64,000 bases of DNA. Origin: a virus (lineage: Duplodnaviria > Caudoviricetes). Positions 17,609 to 26,355 of the stretch are shown here, piece by piece. The stretch covers positions 1 to 64,000 of the IMG/VR virus record IMGVR_UViG_2791355118_000001. One strand, given 5' to 3'. The first letter of the stretch is position 1. Each line of letters starts with the position of its first letter. The translations under genes and the position numbers were made by a program. The notes beneath the pieces are model-generated. The model did not search any database and was not told the origin of the DNA. It saw only the letters and a list, made by a program, of their open reading frames with translations.

Positions 17609-19000
17609 CTACATCAGCATGGTGCGGGCATGTGCCTGGCGCAGCTGCGACTCCATCGAACGGATGGAGCGCGACGCCGCCGCCAGCGTGTCCGCCCATT
17701 TGTCGGCCTTGGTGGGATCGACCGACTTCAAGACGATGCACTCGCCGTCCTTGAAGCCGCCGGCGATCGCGGCGATGATCCGCTCGACCGTCTTCTCCAT
17801 CCTGCTCATGGCGGCGATATCGTCCTTCGACGGCTCCGGCCTGTCGTCGTCGAACATGCAGCCCTGCTCGATCCTGTCGCGGACGGCTTGCGCCGCCGCC
17901 TTGATGCTCGACCAGTCTTTCAGCTTGCCGCTGGAGAACAGCTTCACGATGTTGACCTGATCGGCCGTGGGGAGGTCGACGAGGTCGTTTGCATGGCCGA
18001 GCGGGAAGGCACCGCTATCGACCAGCTTCTGGATCGTCTCGTCCAGATTAAGCAGCGCCGTGCGGGCCTTGATGCGCGTCGGCTGGACGCCGATGTCCTT
18101 CGCCAGCTGCTCGACCGTCCAGCCGCGGTCGATCATCGCGTGAAACGCCCGCGCTTCCTCCAGCGGCTTGATGTCGGCGCGGGCGAGGTTTTCCACGATC
18201 GCCTGCAGCGCCATCTCGTTGTCGTCGATCTTGACGACCTCGCACAGAATGTCGGCCGCCTCGATCAGCTGGTGAGCGCGCCAGCGGCGCTCCCCACCGA
18301 CGATCTCATAGACCGCCCGGCGGCTTGGCGAGGCCGAGGGCTCGACGTTGTCGGACGCTTGTAGCGCTTCGTCTGAGCTGTTCGCCGATCCAGTCGTCGT
18401 GCCGCCACCATTGATCTCCGAGAAATTTGATTTCCTCCGGCGACCACCGGCACCGATGCCCGTTGTTGAGGAAGTCGTTGACTCTAACTCCGACTTGCTC
18501 TGCCGCGCTTCGTTTGACGTGGAAGTAGGGAAGGCAACAATCGATGACGTGCTTGACCTCTCTCGCCGCCGCGACGGTCCAGAACTATTGCTCCCAGGTT
18601 TTCCCGTGAAAGACTCGGTGTGATGGAGCGACGGTGCCGACGCACCATGCGTCTCGCAACCATCGGCAGATCGTTGCGCCGTCGTTTGTGACTGACTGGC
18701 TGACGACGACGCGGAACCGGTTGCCTTTGACGCTGATCGTTCCCTCTCCGTCGATGAAGCCGACCGTGTAGGCGACGACTTCGATTGGAGGTCGAGCAAA
18801 GTGTTCCATTCTGCGATGTTCTCCGATGTGATTTCTTCGATTCGACCGTCGGTCAGGAAAACCGGGCGAACCGTGATGGCCTGGATAAGGCCGCGCTCGC
18901 GGATCGATTCAGCCAGCTCGCGAAGCTTCACCGGGTCGAAATGCTTGCGCGGCTGGTCGAGGTTCGGGATAACAAGGTTGAGGGGGATGCGCTTCTTCAT
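17609..19000 (-). CDS. parB: ParB/Spo0J family protein with an in-frame Ser/Thr/Arg-rich insertion of about 180 aa
   Basis: PNLDQPRKHFD...LAESIRERGLIQAITVRP [insert] YEIVGGERRWRA...ENLARADIKPLEEARAF + HTH. Confidence 0.9.
   Translation of the reverse strand: MKKRIPLNLVIPNLDQPRKHFDPVKLRELAESIRERGLIQAITVRPVFLTDGRIEEITSENIAEWNTLLDLQSKSSPTRSASSTERERSASKATGSASSSASQSQTTAQRSADGCETHGASAPSLHHTESFTGKPGSNSSGPSRRRERSSTSSIVAFPTSTSNEARQSKSELESTTSSTTGIGAGGRRRKSNFSEINGGGTTTGSANSSDEALQASDNVEPSASPSRRAVYEIVGGERRWRAHQLIEAADILCEVVKIDDNEMALQAIVENLARADIKPLEEARAFHAMIDRGWTVEQLAKDIGVQPTRIKARTALLNLDETIQKLVDSGAFPLGHANDLVDLPTADQVNIVKLFSSGKLKDWSSIKAAAQAVRDRIEQGCMFDDDRPEPSKDDIAAMSRMEKTVERIIAAIAGGFKDGECIVLKSVDPTKADKWADTLAAASRSIRSMESQLRQAHARTMLM
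18306..18809 (-). pseudogene. LAGLIDADG homing endonuclease overprinted inside parB; one premature TAG (18585-18587)
   Basis: AYTVGFIDGEGTISV...VVVSQS; read through TAG by hand: FWTVAAAREVKHVIDCCLPYFHVKR...RWSPEEIKFL...IGEQLRRSATSVRQRR to TGA at 18306; GGAG upstream of ATG. Confidence 0.85.
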
Positions 19001-19220
19001 GGTCGGGCTCCGTGGTAGGGAATTTCCTAGCAACATCAATAACTTAGTATGTAACCGATATGGATACAAGTGGTTACTAAGAAAAGTTCCGATCAGCGGG
19101 CCCCCCGCTTGCGCGCGCGACCGCCAGCAACGAAGCCGTGCAAAATGGTAATCCTGCCTCGGCGTCTGATGATCAGGGAAGCGGAAGCATGGCTGGTATC
19201 AAAGTTTCCAACAACAGCGG

Positions 19221-20114
19221 TCAAGGGAGCGGCAGCGGTGCATCACTCAAGGTCCGCAGGTAGGCAATGAGGTCCGCCCGCTTGTTTCCCTCCTTCAAAC
19301 CCGGGAAAGACATGTCCGTACCGGGCAACGTGAGCGAGGGATTCGAGATGAAGAGATTGAGCTCCTCAAAGGTCCATTTGCCGCCAGCGTCTTTCAGAGC
19401 CGCCGAATACTGGACATCGCTTTGGGATCCTTTCTCGCGCCCGACGATGCCCCACAGATTGACCTTTTTGGGCACCTTGACGCCCGGCGAAAGATGACAG
19501 GCGACGCAGGTGCTGTCGTATATCTCTTTGCCCGATTGAGCGTTTGCTGATGCAAGGAGTGCGGAAATCGGCGCGATGGCCGGTCTTGCGGCGCCATGAT
19601 CGCGCAAGTACGCCGCGACGTCCTCGTGGCCTCCGACCTTGGCCAGATGTATCGGCGGACTTCCATTCGACGTCAGGGCGTTGACGTCTGCTCCGGCGCC
19701 GACAAGGTGGATAACGCACTCAAGGCAGCCATTTTCGGCAGCAACATGCAGCGGCGTCTGCGCTTTCGCCACCCGATTTGGATCGGCCCCGTTGTCTAGC
19801 AGCAGCTTGACGATGGCAGCATGCCCACCCTTATTGGCGGCGTAGAGTGGCGTTCTTTGCCAACTGACAGGCAGGTTGACGTCTGCCCCACGCTTGATCA
19901 GCAGCGCTGCCAACTCGACATTTCCACGTTCGGAGGCGATGTAGAGCGCCGTAACACCGTCGATTTCGTTGACATCTGCGCCTTTGTCCAAGGCGGAGGT
20001 CACGGCCGCGACGTCGCCATCCTTGACCAAATCCCCCAAGCTGCTCGCTTGCGCGGGCAGGGCCAGGAGGGCGCACGAAACCCACAGCGTCCACATGCGT
20101 CCCGGCTTGATCAT
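19221..20114 (-). CDS. Secreted ankyrin-repeat / cytochrome c fusion protein (moron)
   Basis: Signal peptide; TALYIA/TPLYAA/TPLHVAA repeats; CVACH haem motif; class I cytochrome c tail (PGTDMSF.GLK...RADLIAYL). Confidence 0.9.
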   Translation of the reverse strand: MIKPGRMWTLWVSCALLALPAQASSLGDLVKDGDVAAVTSALDKGADVNEIDGVTALYIASERGNVELAALLIKRGADVNLPVSWQRTPLYAANKGGHAAIVKLLLDNGADPNRVAKAQTPLHVAAENGCLECVIHLVGAGADVNALTSNGSPPIHLAKVGGHEDVAAYLRDHGAARPAIAPISALLASANAQSGKEIYDSTCVACHLSPGVKVPKKVNLWGIVGREKGSQSDVQYSAALKDAGGKWTFEELNLFISNPSLTLPGTDMSFPGLKEGNKRADLIAYLRTLSDAPLPLP

Positions 20115-20248
20115 TGCACCCCTCTAGGCTGCTCGTATCTCACCCTGCAATTTAACCGAACGCAGAGAGTTAGTACACGCTAATATATGAAGAGGGGACG
20201 ACGATCGGCTGGACGGTGGTGGTGTGTCGATGTTCATGCCGGCCACCC

Positions 20249-20770
20249 TCAGTCTATATTGCAGTGAACGAGCGCGGCCGCGTAGTCGACGCCGGTCTCT
20301 TCGGCATAGATTGCGGCCTGATCGCCGGGACGATTGGTGGCGGCCGCCGTCGGCTCGGCCTTGGCAATGGCTTCGGTCACCATCGCATTGCTTTTCAGGC
20401 TTGGGTCTCGGATGACGCAGAGTTTGAGCGCCGCAAGGATGTCCGGCCGCGCCTGTTCGCGCGGGATCGCGGCGCGCAAGCTGGCCAGGATGTCACCGAC
20501 GCCCTTCTGCAGCGGATCACTCTCGAAGCCGGAAATGAACGACTCGGCCTGAGTCAGAGCGTCGACGGTGTTGCTGGCGTGGTCGAAGGCCAGCCTTTCG
20601 ACGAGCTCGTCGCGAAGCGTGGCGGCGGACTCGAGCGTGAGGGTTTCACACGCCCGCGACCCTCCCTTCGGGCCGTAGAACGAAAGCACGACTTCGCCCT
20701 TGCCTCGCGCGGCGCTGTTCAGCGATTCCATCGTGCCCTTGGCGGCGATGCTGATGTAAATCGCGTCCAT
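20249..20770 (-). CDS. Hypothetical phage protein
   Basis: MDAIYISIAAKG...; TGATG overlap. Confidence 0.6.
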   Translation of the reverse strand: MDAIYISIAAKGTMESLNSAARGKGEVVLSFYGPKGGSRACETLTLESAATLRDELVERLAFDHASNTVDALTQAESFISGFESDPLQKGVGDILASLRAAIPREQARPDILAALKLCVIRDPSLKSNAMVTEAIAKAEPTAAATNRPGDQAAIYAEETGVDYAAALVHCNID

Positions 20771-21270
20771 CACATTTCCCCTTCGAGCTTGTCGGCCAAG
20801 GGCGAAATGACCTCGTCCCAGATCGCATTGCAGATTTCGTTGTCGGCATGGTCGGACACGACATCGTAGCCCGAATTGCCATAGATCAGCTGGAACCAGC
20901 CGAGCTTGTCGCCGGTGGGACTTCGCAGATGGATGCCATCCTCGTCGGTCGAAAACAGCGCCAGCATGATTGCCGCCTTGTCGTCGGAACGCCTCACCAC
21001 CCAATCCTCGCTGTCGTAGACGGAAATCAGGTAGCCCCGGTCGAGGCAGGCCTTCACCAGGGCGCGGGCGATGCGGCGTTCGGCGCGGATGCGGTTCGCG
21101 GTGTCGTGCGACCGGCGCGCCAGCGCCTTCTCGATCGCTTCGTCGAAGCCGGTCTTCGGCTCGCCCATCTCGGCATCCTCGGCCAGCCGGGCGGAAAGCG
21201 CCTGGTTGCCCGAGGCGGCGAGAGCATTGCAGATCGCCAGCATCTCGGCCGGCGTCACGTTGATGGTCAT
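20770..21270 (-). CDS. Hypothetical phage protein
   Basis: MTINVTPAEM...LIYGNSGYDVVSDH; preceded by the leader repeat. Confidence 0.7.
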   Translation of the reverse strand: MTINVTPAEMLAICNALAASGNQALSARLAEDAEMGEPKTGFDEAIEKALARRSHDTANRIRAERRIARALVKACLDRGYLISVYDSEDWVVRRSDDKAAIMLALFSTDEDGIHLRSPTGDKLGWFQLIYGNSGYDVVSDHADNEICNAIWDEVISPLADKLEGEM

Positions 21271-21317
21271 TGTCTTTCTCCGTGGTAGGGGGTTGGGTCT
21301 CGAGGAAGGCGCGGGGA

Positions 21318-21920
21318 TCAACCCCACGTCAGTCCCCAGCGCTTGGCGCAAACCGGCCCGTCGCCGACATCGATGGAGCGGTGGTCGGTCAGCTCGATCG
21401 CGCAGAAACAGCAGTTGCCGGTGCGCTTGCCGTGGGCGGCGCCGGCCTTCGAAGGGTTCTCGGCCAGAGCGGTCAGAGCCGAGACCGGGCCGTCGGGACC
21501 GGGCGACCGACGCGAGCGGGTGAACTCGCCCTTGCGGTCGATGCGGCCGTACCAGTCGCGGCTCTCGAACGAGCCCGGCGACGAGACGTTGATCTGGCCG
21601 GCGTGAGAGGAACGCTCCCCAGCGAGAGCAAGGACGACCGTCTCGCCGTTGACGTCGAAACGGATCTTCGGATGCTTGAGCTTGTTGGCGATCGCCGTGT
21701 CGAACAGCGCGATCAGGCCATCCATCGAGCCGACCTTGGCCTTTGGCGCCGCGGGCTCGCCGGCTTGTGCGCGCTGGGTCAAAGTCGCCACCCAGGGCCA
21801 CTGCCGCTCCGAGAGACTCGAGCGGCTGTCATACTGGTGCAGGAGGGATGCGGCGAACTCCGCGTCGCGGCCGTGCAGCTTCGGGGCTGACTGGCGCAGA
21901 GCTTCGATTTCGAGGTTCAT
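21318..21920 (-). CDS. Phage protein with C-terminal DUF6011-like Zn ribbon
   Basis: TGNCCFCAIELTD.RSI.VG.GPVCA. Confidence 0.75.
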   Translation of the reverse strand: MNLEIEALRQSAPKLHGRDAEFAASLLHQYDSRSSLSERQWPWVATLTQRAQAGEPAAPKAKVGSMDGLIALFDTAIANKLKHPKIRFDVNGETVVLALAGERSSHAGQINVSSPGSFESRDWYGRIDRKGEFTRSRRSPGPDGPVSALTALAENPSKAGAAHGKRTGNCCFCAIELTDHRSIDVGDGPVCAKRWGLTWG

Positions 21921-22213
21921 GTCTGGTCTCCGTGGTAGGGATTTCCCAGATCGGTGCGGCTCCGGCGGTTATGCTAGGCCTGGCCCGTCCCCGGTTCGAT
22001 TTCACTCGGCCGGTCAGTTTGACGAGAAGTCACCAATCGCCGGCCCGTTGCTGAAAGGGGAGTTCCGGCGAAGGCTGCAGCGGTGAAAGGAAACGGCTTT
22101 CTGCTGCACCGATCTGAATTTCTAAGTTACTTCAATAACTTAGCCTGTTACCAAATCGGTTACAAGTGGGCATAAGCCAAAAAGCCGAATAATTTCAAGT
22201 ACTTCGGCGGTGG

Positions 22214-22810
22214 TCAGTTCACCTGCTTGAAGCGGGATTCCAGGACGGCGCCGGAAATCGAGAGCTGGTCGTCGCCGGATTGCACGATTGCCTGATCGAC
22301 GTGTTCCGGGTTGATGCCGATCACCTTCCAGACGCGGCCCTGGCGGTCGGGCGCCTCGGCGCCGAGGTAGGACGCGACCTGGAGGGGCTGCGGCGGCTGG
22401 CGGAGGCGGTATTGCGCCGGCAGCTTGGGATGGTGCCAACCGCAGCCCTCGGCCTCCAGGCCATGTTCGAACACTTCGAGCCGGAGCTTTTCTTTCAGCC
22501 AGACCGAGATGTAGGCGCGATGGCAATACTGGTTGTCGGTCGGGGCCTCGTAGCAGAGCAGGGCGACGTCCCTGCCGCCCGAGAGGTCTTCCATCTTGGC
22601 GACGATCCGGCCAGGATGGAGCCTGTCGAGGCCTTCGAAGTAGAGCTGCTTATACTCGCGCTCGCTGGCGGTCTTGAACCATTCGCCTGGGGCGAGTTCG
22701 GGCATTTTGCGGTAGCCCGCCGGATATCCTCGCGGCGTGCCCCTCGACACTCCGATTTTCTGGATTTCGGGCGGGAGCTTGGTGAGCCAGGAGCTGGTGA
22801 AAATGCGCAT
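22214..22810 (-). CDS. DUF488-like protein
   Basis: IFTSSW...GVSRGTP...ELAPG...ALLCYE.P....CHR. Confidence 0.75.
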   Translation of the reverse strand: MRIFTSSWLTKLPPEIQKIGVSRGTPRGYPAGYRKMPELAPGEWFKTASEREYKQLYFEGLDRLHPGRIVAKMEDLSGGRDVALLCYEAPTDNQYCHRAYISVWLKEKLRLEVFEHGLEAEGCGWHHPKLPAQYRLRQPPQPLQVASYLGAEAPDRQGRVWKVIGINPEHVDQAIVQSGDDQLSISGAVLESRFKQVN

Positions 22811-22916
22811 CTTCGACTCTTTCGGTGGTAGGGCTTTGGACAGGTCCAAATGTAAATCCGGTGAACTTCTCAAGCAACCAAGATGACACTGTGTGTTACC
22901 ATTTTGGTACGTTGCC

Positions 22917-23366
22917 TCACCCGTACATCTGCATTAGGTATGGGTTCTCTCCAGCGCCTTCGGGCGCTGTCCTGTGGTAGGGATGGAGAGGAGGGCCGAT
23001 CAGGGGCAACCCGGTCGGCCTTTGATATTTCCGGCGCGGCTGCGGCGCCTCGAAGCGCACTTCGGGATAATTGACCCACGCCGTCACCGTCTCGAAACTG
23101 ATGGCGCGCGGCAAGCTCTTGACGTCGTCGAGCAGCGTTCGTCCTGCCAGGATCCCATTGCCCGCGAACTCGGCGCCCGAGCGGAAAAACTGGAACGTCC
23201 TTCGCCATGGTCCGGTTGAGAGCCAGAGGTCCAGGCCCGGCGCCAACTCCACGCGGTCGAGGCTGTCGCTCTCAAGAAGTTCGCAGAAGAGCTGGTGCCC
23301 CAGAGGGCGCGGCGTCTGGTAGTCGATGGCGCGCCGGAGTGTGGCATCGATCAGGATGAAGCGCAT
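22917..23366 (-). CDS. Hypothetical phage protein
   Basis: MRFILIDAT...FAGNGILAG. Confidence 0.6.
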   Translation of the reverse strand: MRFILIDATLRRAIDYQTPRPLGHQLFCELLESDSLDRVELAPGLDLWLSTGPWRRTFQFFRSGAEFAGNGILAGRTLLDDVKSLPRAISFETVTAWVNYPEVRFEAPQPRRKYQRPTGLPLIGPPLHPYHRTAPEGAGENPYLMQMYG

Positions 23367-23707
23367 TGCAGTTCTCGTGCCTCGAGGCGTTGGTTGATGG
23401 TGGGGAGCGTCTCGCTGGCAAACAATTCGAGCCACCACTTGATCAGCTCGGCCTGGTAGCGGTCGTCGGCCGCACGATGGCGGGGCTCGCGTAGCTGTCG
23501 CTCGATCCAGTCAAGCCGGTCGCGAAGCTCCGGCCGGTAGAGCAGATTGCGGAATGCATCTGCGAGCCGCATGTCCAGGGCGTAATCCCCGGTGCAGCCG
23601 AGGGGCGACCAGTCGCTATGCCAGGACGACCACATGTCGAGGGCCTGGCTGATGGTGGGGAGCCGGCGCCGCCGCTCCTCCTCGTCTTCTGGTAACGGGC
23701 GAAACAC
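23351..23707 (-). CDS. Hypothetical phage protein
   Basis: GTG start 7 nt after the leader repeat. Confidence 0.6.
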   Translation of the reverse strand: MFRPLPEDEEERRRRLPTISQALDMWSSWHSDWSPLGCTGDYALDMRLADAFRNLLYRPELRDRLDWIERQLREPRHRAADDRYQAELIKWWLELFASETLPTINQRLEARELQCASS

Positions 23708-23743
23708 TTTTGGACTCCGTGGTAGGGATAACGATCCTATGAT

Positions 23744-23771
23744 GTAACCAATTTGGTTACAATATGGTCAA
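23744..23771 (-). promoter_or_regulatory. Leftward promoter with perfect operator GTAACCAATTTGGTTAC
   Basis: Palindrome 23744-23760; TTGACC on the minus strand at 23766-23771. Confidence 0.75.
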
Positions 23772-23772
23772 G

Positions 23773-25344
23773 CTAAAAGTAATTTCTGCGGCCGTCCTTC
23801 CATAGCTTGACCGTGACGGTGTTCACGTAGGTCCCGACCTCGGCGAAGGATCCGTGCGGCAGATCGCGGAACTGGCCGTTCAGCTTCTCGATCAAGGCCC
23901 GGAAAGCGATGGCCTTGCGAGTTTCGCGAAACTCGGTGCCGGCCGACATGATGGCCGCGAGGCACCCGCCGTCTTCCAGGAAGTCGAGGGCGTGCACGAC
24001 ATGGTCGATATCGCGCTCCATGTCGAACGGCGGGTTCATGATGATGCGATCGTATTTTCCCGTCACGGAGGGGCGCAGCGCCAGGAAGTCGGCGGCGTAC
24101 ACCTTGCGGTATTTGCCCTGCGCCTCGAGCGCGGCGGCAAGCGCTGGCTGTAGCTCCACGCAATCGACCTGGTTGTCGAAGCGGTATTCCTTGCGCCAGC
24201 GGTCCATCCGGGCCTCGTCCCCATATCCGTAATGATCGGCGAAATCTTCGATGCCGGTCAGGCAGCGGCGCGCCAGATTGCCGGTGCCGGCGCTGGGCTC
24301 CAGGATCCGAAGGCGCGGCTTCTCGATAGGCTGGAGAAGGGGAATGCTCTTAAGCAACTCCTCGGCCGCGGCGTCGGGCGTCGGGAAGAAACCGAAGTTC
24401 TTAGCCGGCGTGGTCTTCCGGTTGCGGAAAAGGTCGTCGGGTTCCTGGGTCTGCCCGTCGCCGATCACCTCGCCGTAGTATTCGGCGAGCATCTTGTTGA
24501 CCCTTTCCACCAGGTCGTCACGCGTGAACCAGAGATGGGCATTGCCGTTCTTGTAGGCGACGATCCTGAAATACTCGCCGTGATGTTCGGACTGCTGAGG
24601 CTGAAAGCCCCTGCGCTCGGCTCGCACCTGGTTCTCGATGCTGTTGTAGGTCGGCTTCTTGCCGTCGAGGATTGAGAACGTCCGCTCGATATCGCGCACC
24701 GTCTCCCATGTTCCGCCCCACGTTACGTTGCCGTGGTCGCGGTCAAAGGCGTAGGGCAGGATCATGCGGCTGCCGACCTTGAAGCCGTCGTGCGAACGGA
24801 AACGGCGATCGAGCTTGGAAAACGCCGTGGCGATGCCCCGGCGGAAGATCATTTCGGATTCGCCGGCCCACTTGTCGATCGTGGCGTACACGTTGTCGAC
24901 GGTCACCGGCGGGATCCCCATGATCTCGTCGAGATTGACCAGTTCCTTTCCGTTGCCGTGCCGGTGGTCGTAGCGCTCCGGCACCCACCTGAGAGTGTCG
25001 CGCAGCTCGTCCTTGGCCTGCTTGTCCATCAGGATCTCGAGGTCGGTCATCTGGACCAGGTAATGCCAGCACGAGATATCGATCAGGCGGATTGCTGTGC
25101 GCTTCCACTGCTCGGCGTCTGGCAAATCGACGGCTTCGAAAAATGCCCTGACCTCGTGGTTGTCGCGGTCTCCGTATCGAGAGCAGGCATGATCTCCGGC
25201 GGCCGCTTTCCAGAGCGCCGCCGCCTTCTTCAATTCCCGGTCGGCTTGCTCCATTGAGGCGAACGCCCCGTGATAGGCCGCGACCGCGGCGTCCCGATAG
25301 GCGACGATCTGCTCGATCGTGTTGCGCGGGATGAGCGCGTTCAT
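23773..25344 (-). CDS. DUF4942-type domain fused to DNA adenine methyltransferase
   Basis: YKNGNAHLWF; FFPTP, ILEPSAGTG, YDRIIMNPPF, F.EVGT.VNT. Confidence 0.88.
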   Translation of the reverse strand: MNALIPRNTIEQIVAYRDAAVAAYHGAFASMEQADRELKKAAALWKAAAGDHACSRYGDRDNHEVRAFFEAVDLPDAEQWKRTAIRLIDISCWHYLVQMTDLEILMDKQAKDELRDTLRWVPERYDHRHGNGKELVNLDEIMGIPPVTVDNVYATIDKWAGESEMIFRRGIATAFSKLDRRFRSHDGFKVGSRMILPYAFDRDHGNVTWGGTWETVRDIERTFSILDGKKPTYNSIENQVRAERRGFQPQQSEHHGEYFRIVAYKNGNAHLWFTRDDLVERVNKMLAEYYGEVIGDGQTQEPDDLFRNRKTTPAKNFGFFPTPDAAAEELLKSIPLLQPIEKPRLRILEPSAGTGNLARRCLTGIEDFADHYGYGDEARMDRWRKEYRFDNQVDCVELQPALAAALEAQGKYRKVYAADFLALRPSVTGKYDRIIMNPPFDMERDIDHVVHALDFLEDGGCLAAIMSAGTEFRETRKAIAFRALIEKLNGQFRDLPHGSFAEVGTYVNTVTVKLWKDGRRNYF

Positions 25345-25607
25345 GGGCTGATCCCTTCTGCGATGCAAAGAGTCTTCCAATCGACGTATGCAATCGACAC
25401 ACCGCAGCGCGTGAAATGGCTGTCTCTCTGTTCCCAACCTGCGGCTCGGGCGGCGGTCTCCCATAGGTCGGGCGCGTCCACCGGCTTGAAGGATCGCGCC
25501 TTGTGCATGCGCTGGAAGGCGAACGCGTCGCCAAGCTCGCTCACGAACTCGTAGCGCTTGCTGCCGTCGAGCAGGGTGAACTCGTATTCAGTCATCTTGT
25601 CGGTCAT
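25341..25607 (-). CDS. Hypothetical phage protein
   Basis: 88-aa ORF following the leader repeat; ATGA overlap. Confidence 0.6.
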   Translation of the reverse strand: MTDKMTEYEFTLLDGSKRYEFVSELGDAFAFQRMHKARSFKPVDAPDLWETAARAAGWEQRDSHFTRCGVSIAYVDWKTLCIAEGISP

Positions 25608-25687
25608 GGTCTCTGGTCTCTGTGGTAGGGGTTGGTGGGCGACGGGACTTCCTCCCGCCGCCCTATCGAAGGGATTGTTTGCCTCTC

Positions 25688-25840
25688 TCAGTGCATCGCG
25701 CCTCCTTCTGCTGGTGCGTCAGCTTCCATGTCCGCTTCGGCCGCCTGGAGGTCGGCGAGCCGGTCGCGGCAGGAAGAGCAGCGGCAGCTTTCACTGCTGT
25801 CGAAGGGAAAAGGGGTTAGGCAGTCGTCGCAGTAGGGCAT
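25688..25840 (-). CDS. 50-aa CxxC...CxxC Zn-finger microprotein (not in the ORF track)
   Basis: Hand translation MPYCDDCLTPFPFDSSESCRCSSCRDRLADLQAAEADMEADAPAEGGAMH; starts 5 nt after a leader repeat. Confidence 0.6.
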   Translation of the reverse strand: MPYCDDCLTPFPFDSSESCRCSSCRDRLADLQAAEADMEADAPAEGGAMH

Positions 25841-26355
25841 CTTTCAACCGTGGTAGGGAAAAACCTTGTAACCACAGTAACTTAGTCAGTTACCAATTTG
25901 GTTACAATGCAACCACGGACAAAAAATCGTGTTCGCCCAGTGCAGTTGTCAGGATGCGGCCCTAGCGGTCGCGATCGCGCTAGTCGCGCTGCTCGCGCTT
26001 GTAGTAGATGGCGCCCCAGACCGCGCCGGGGGCGACCAGCACGCCCAAGATGCGACTGCTGTAGAAGGCCCATGATGAGCACGCCTGCAAGCGCGCCGGG
26101 CGATGTTGCCCGGCCGTCGACAGGGTGGGCGACCGCCAAACTCGCCTAACCAGGCGAACTGCGAGCAAGCCAATCCGGCTCAAGTTGCAATGCTTCAATC
26201 TGACGTCGAGGGCTTGGCTCGTGTGAGCAGCATCAGAGCGCCAAAGCCGAGCGCGCCAGCCTGGCCGCGGGACCAGCTTTTCCAATTGCTCTTGCGCAAT
26301 TCTGGGAGTCGATATCAACTGAGCAGCGTGTCGCCGGAGCTGCCGGAGGTCAGTT

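Noticed and set aside
18311-18859. Intein or group I/II intron in parB
   Set aside because: No intein splice-junction residues in the ParB frame, the nuclease is out of frame, and almost no non-coding sequence is left for a ribozyme core; RT-PCR is needed to exclude splicing fully.
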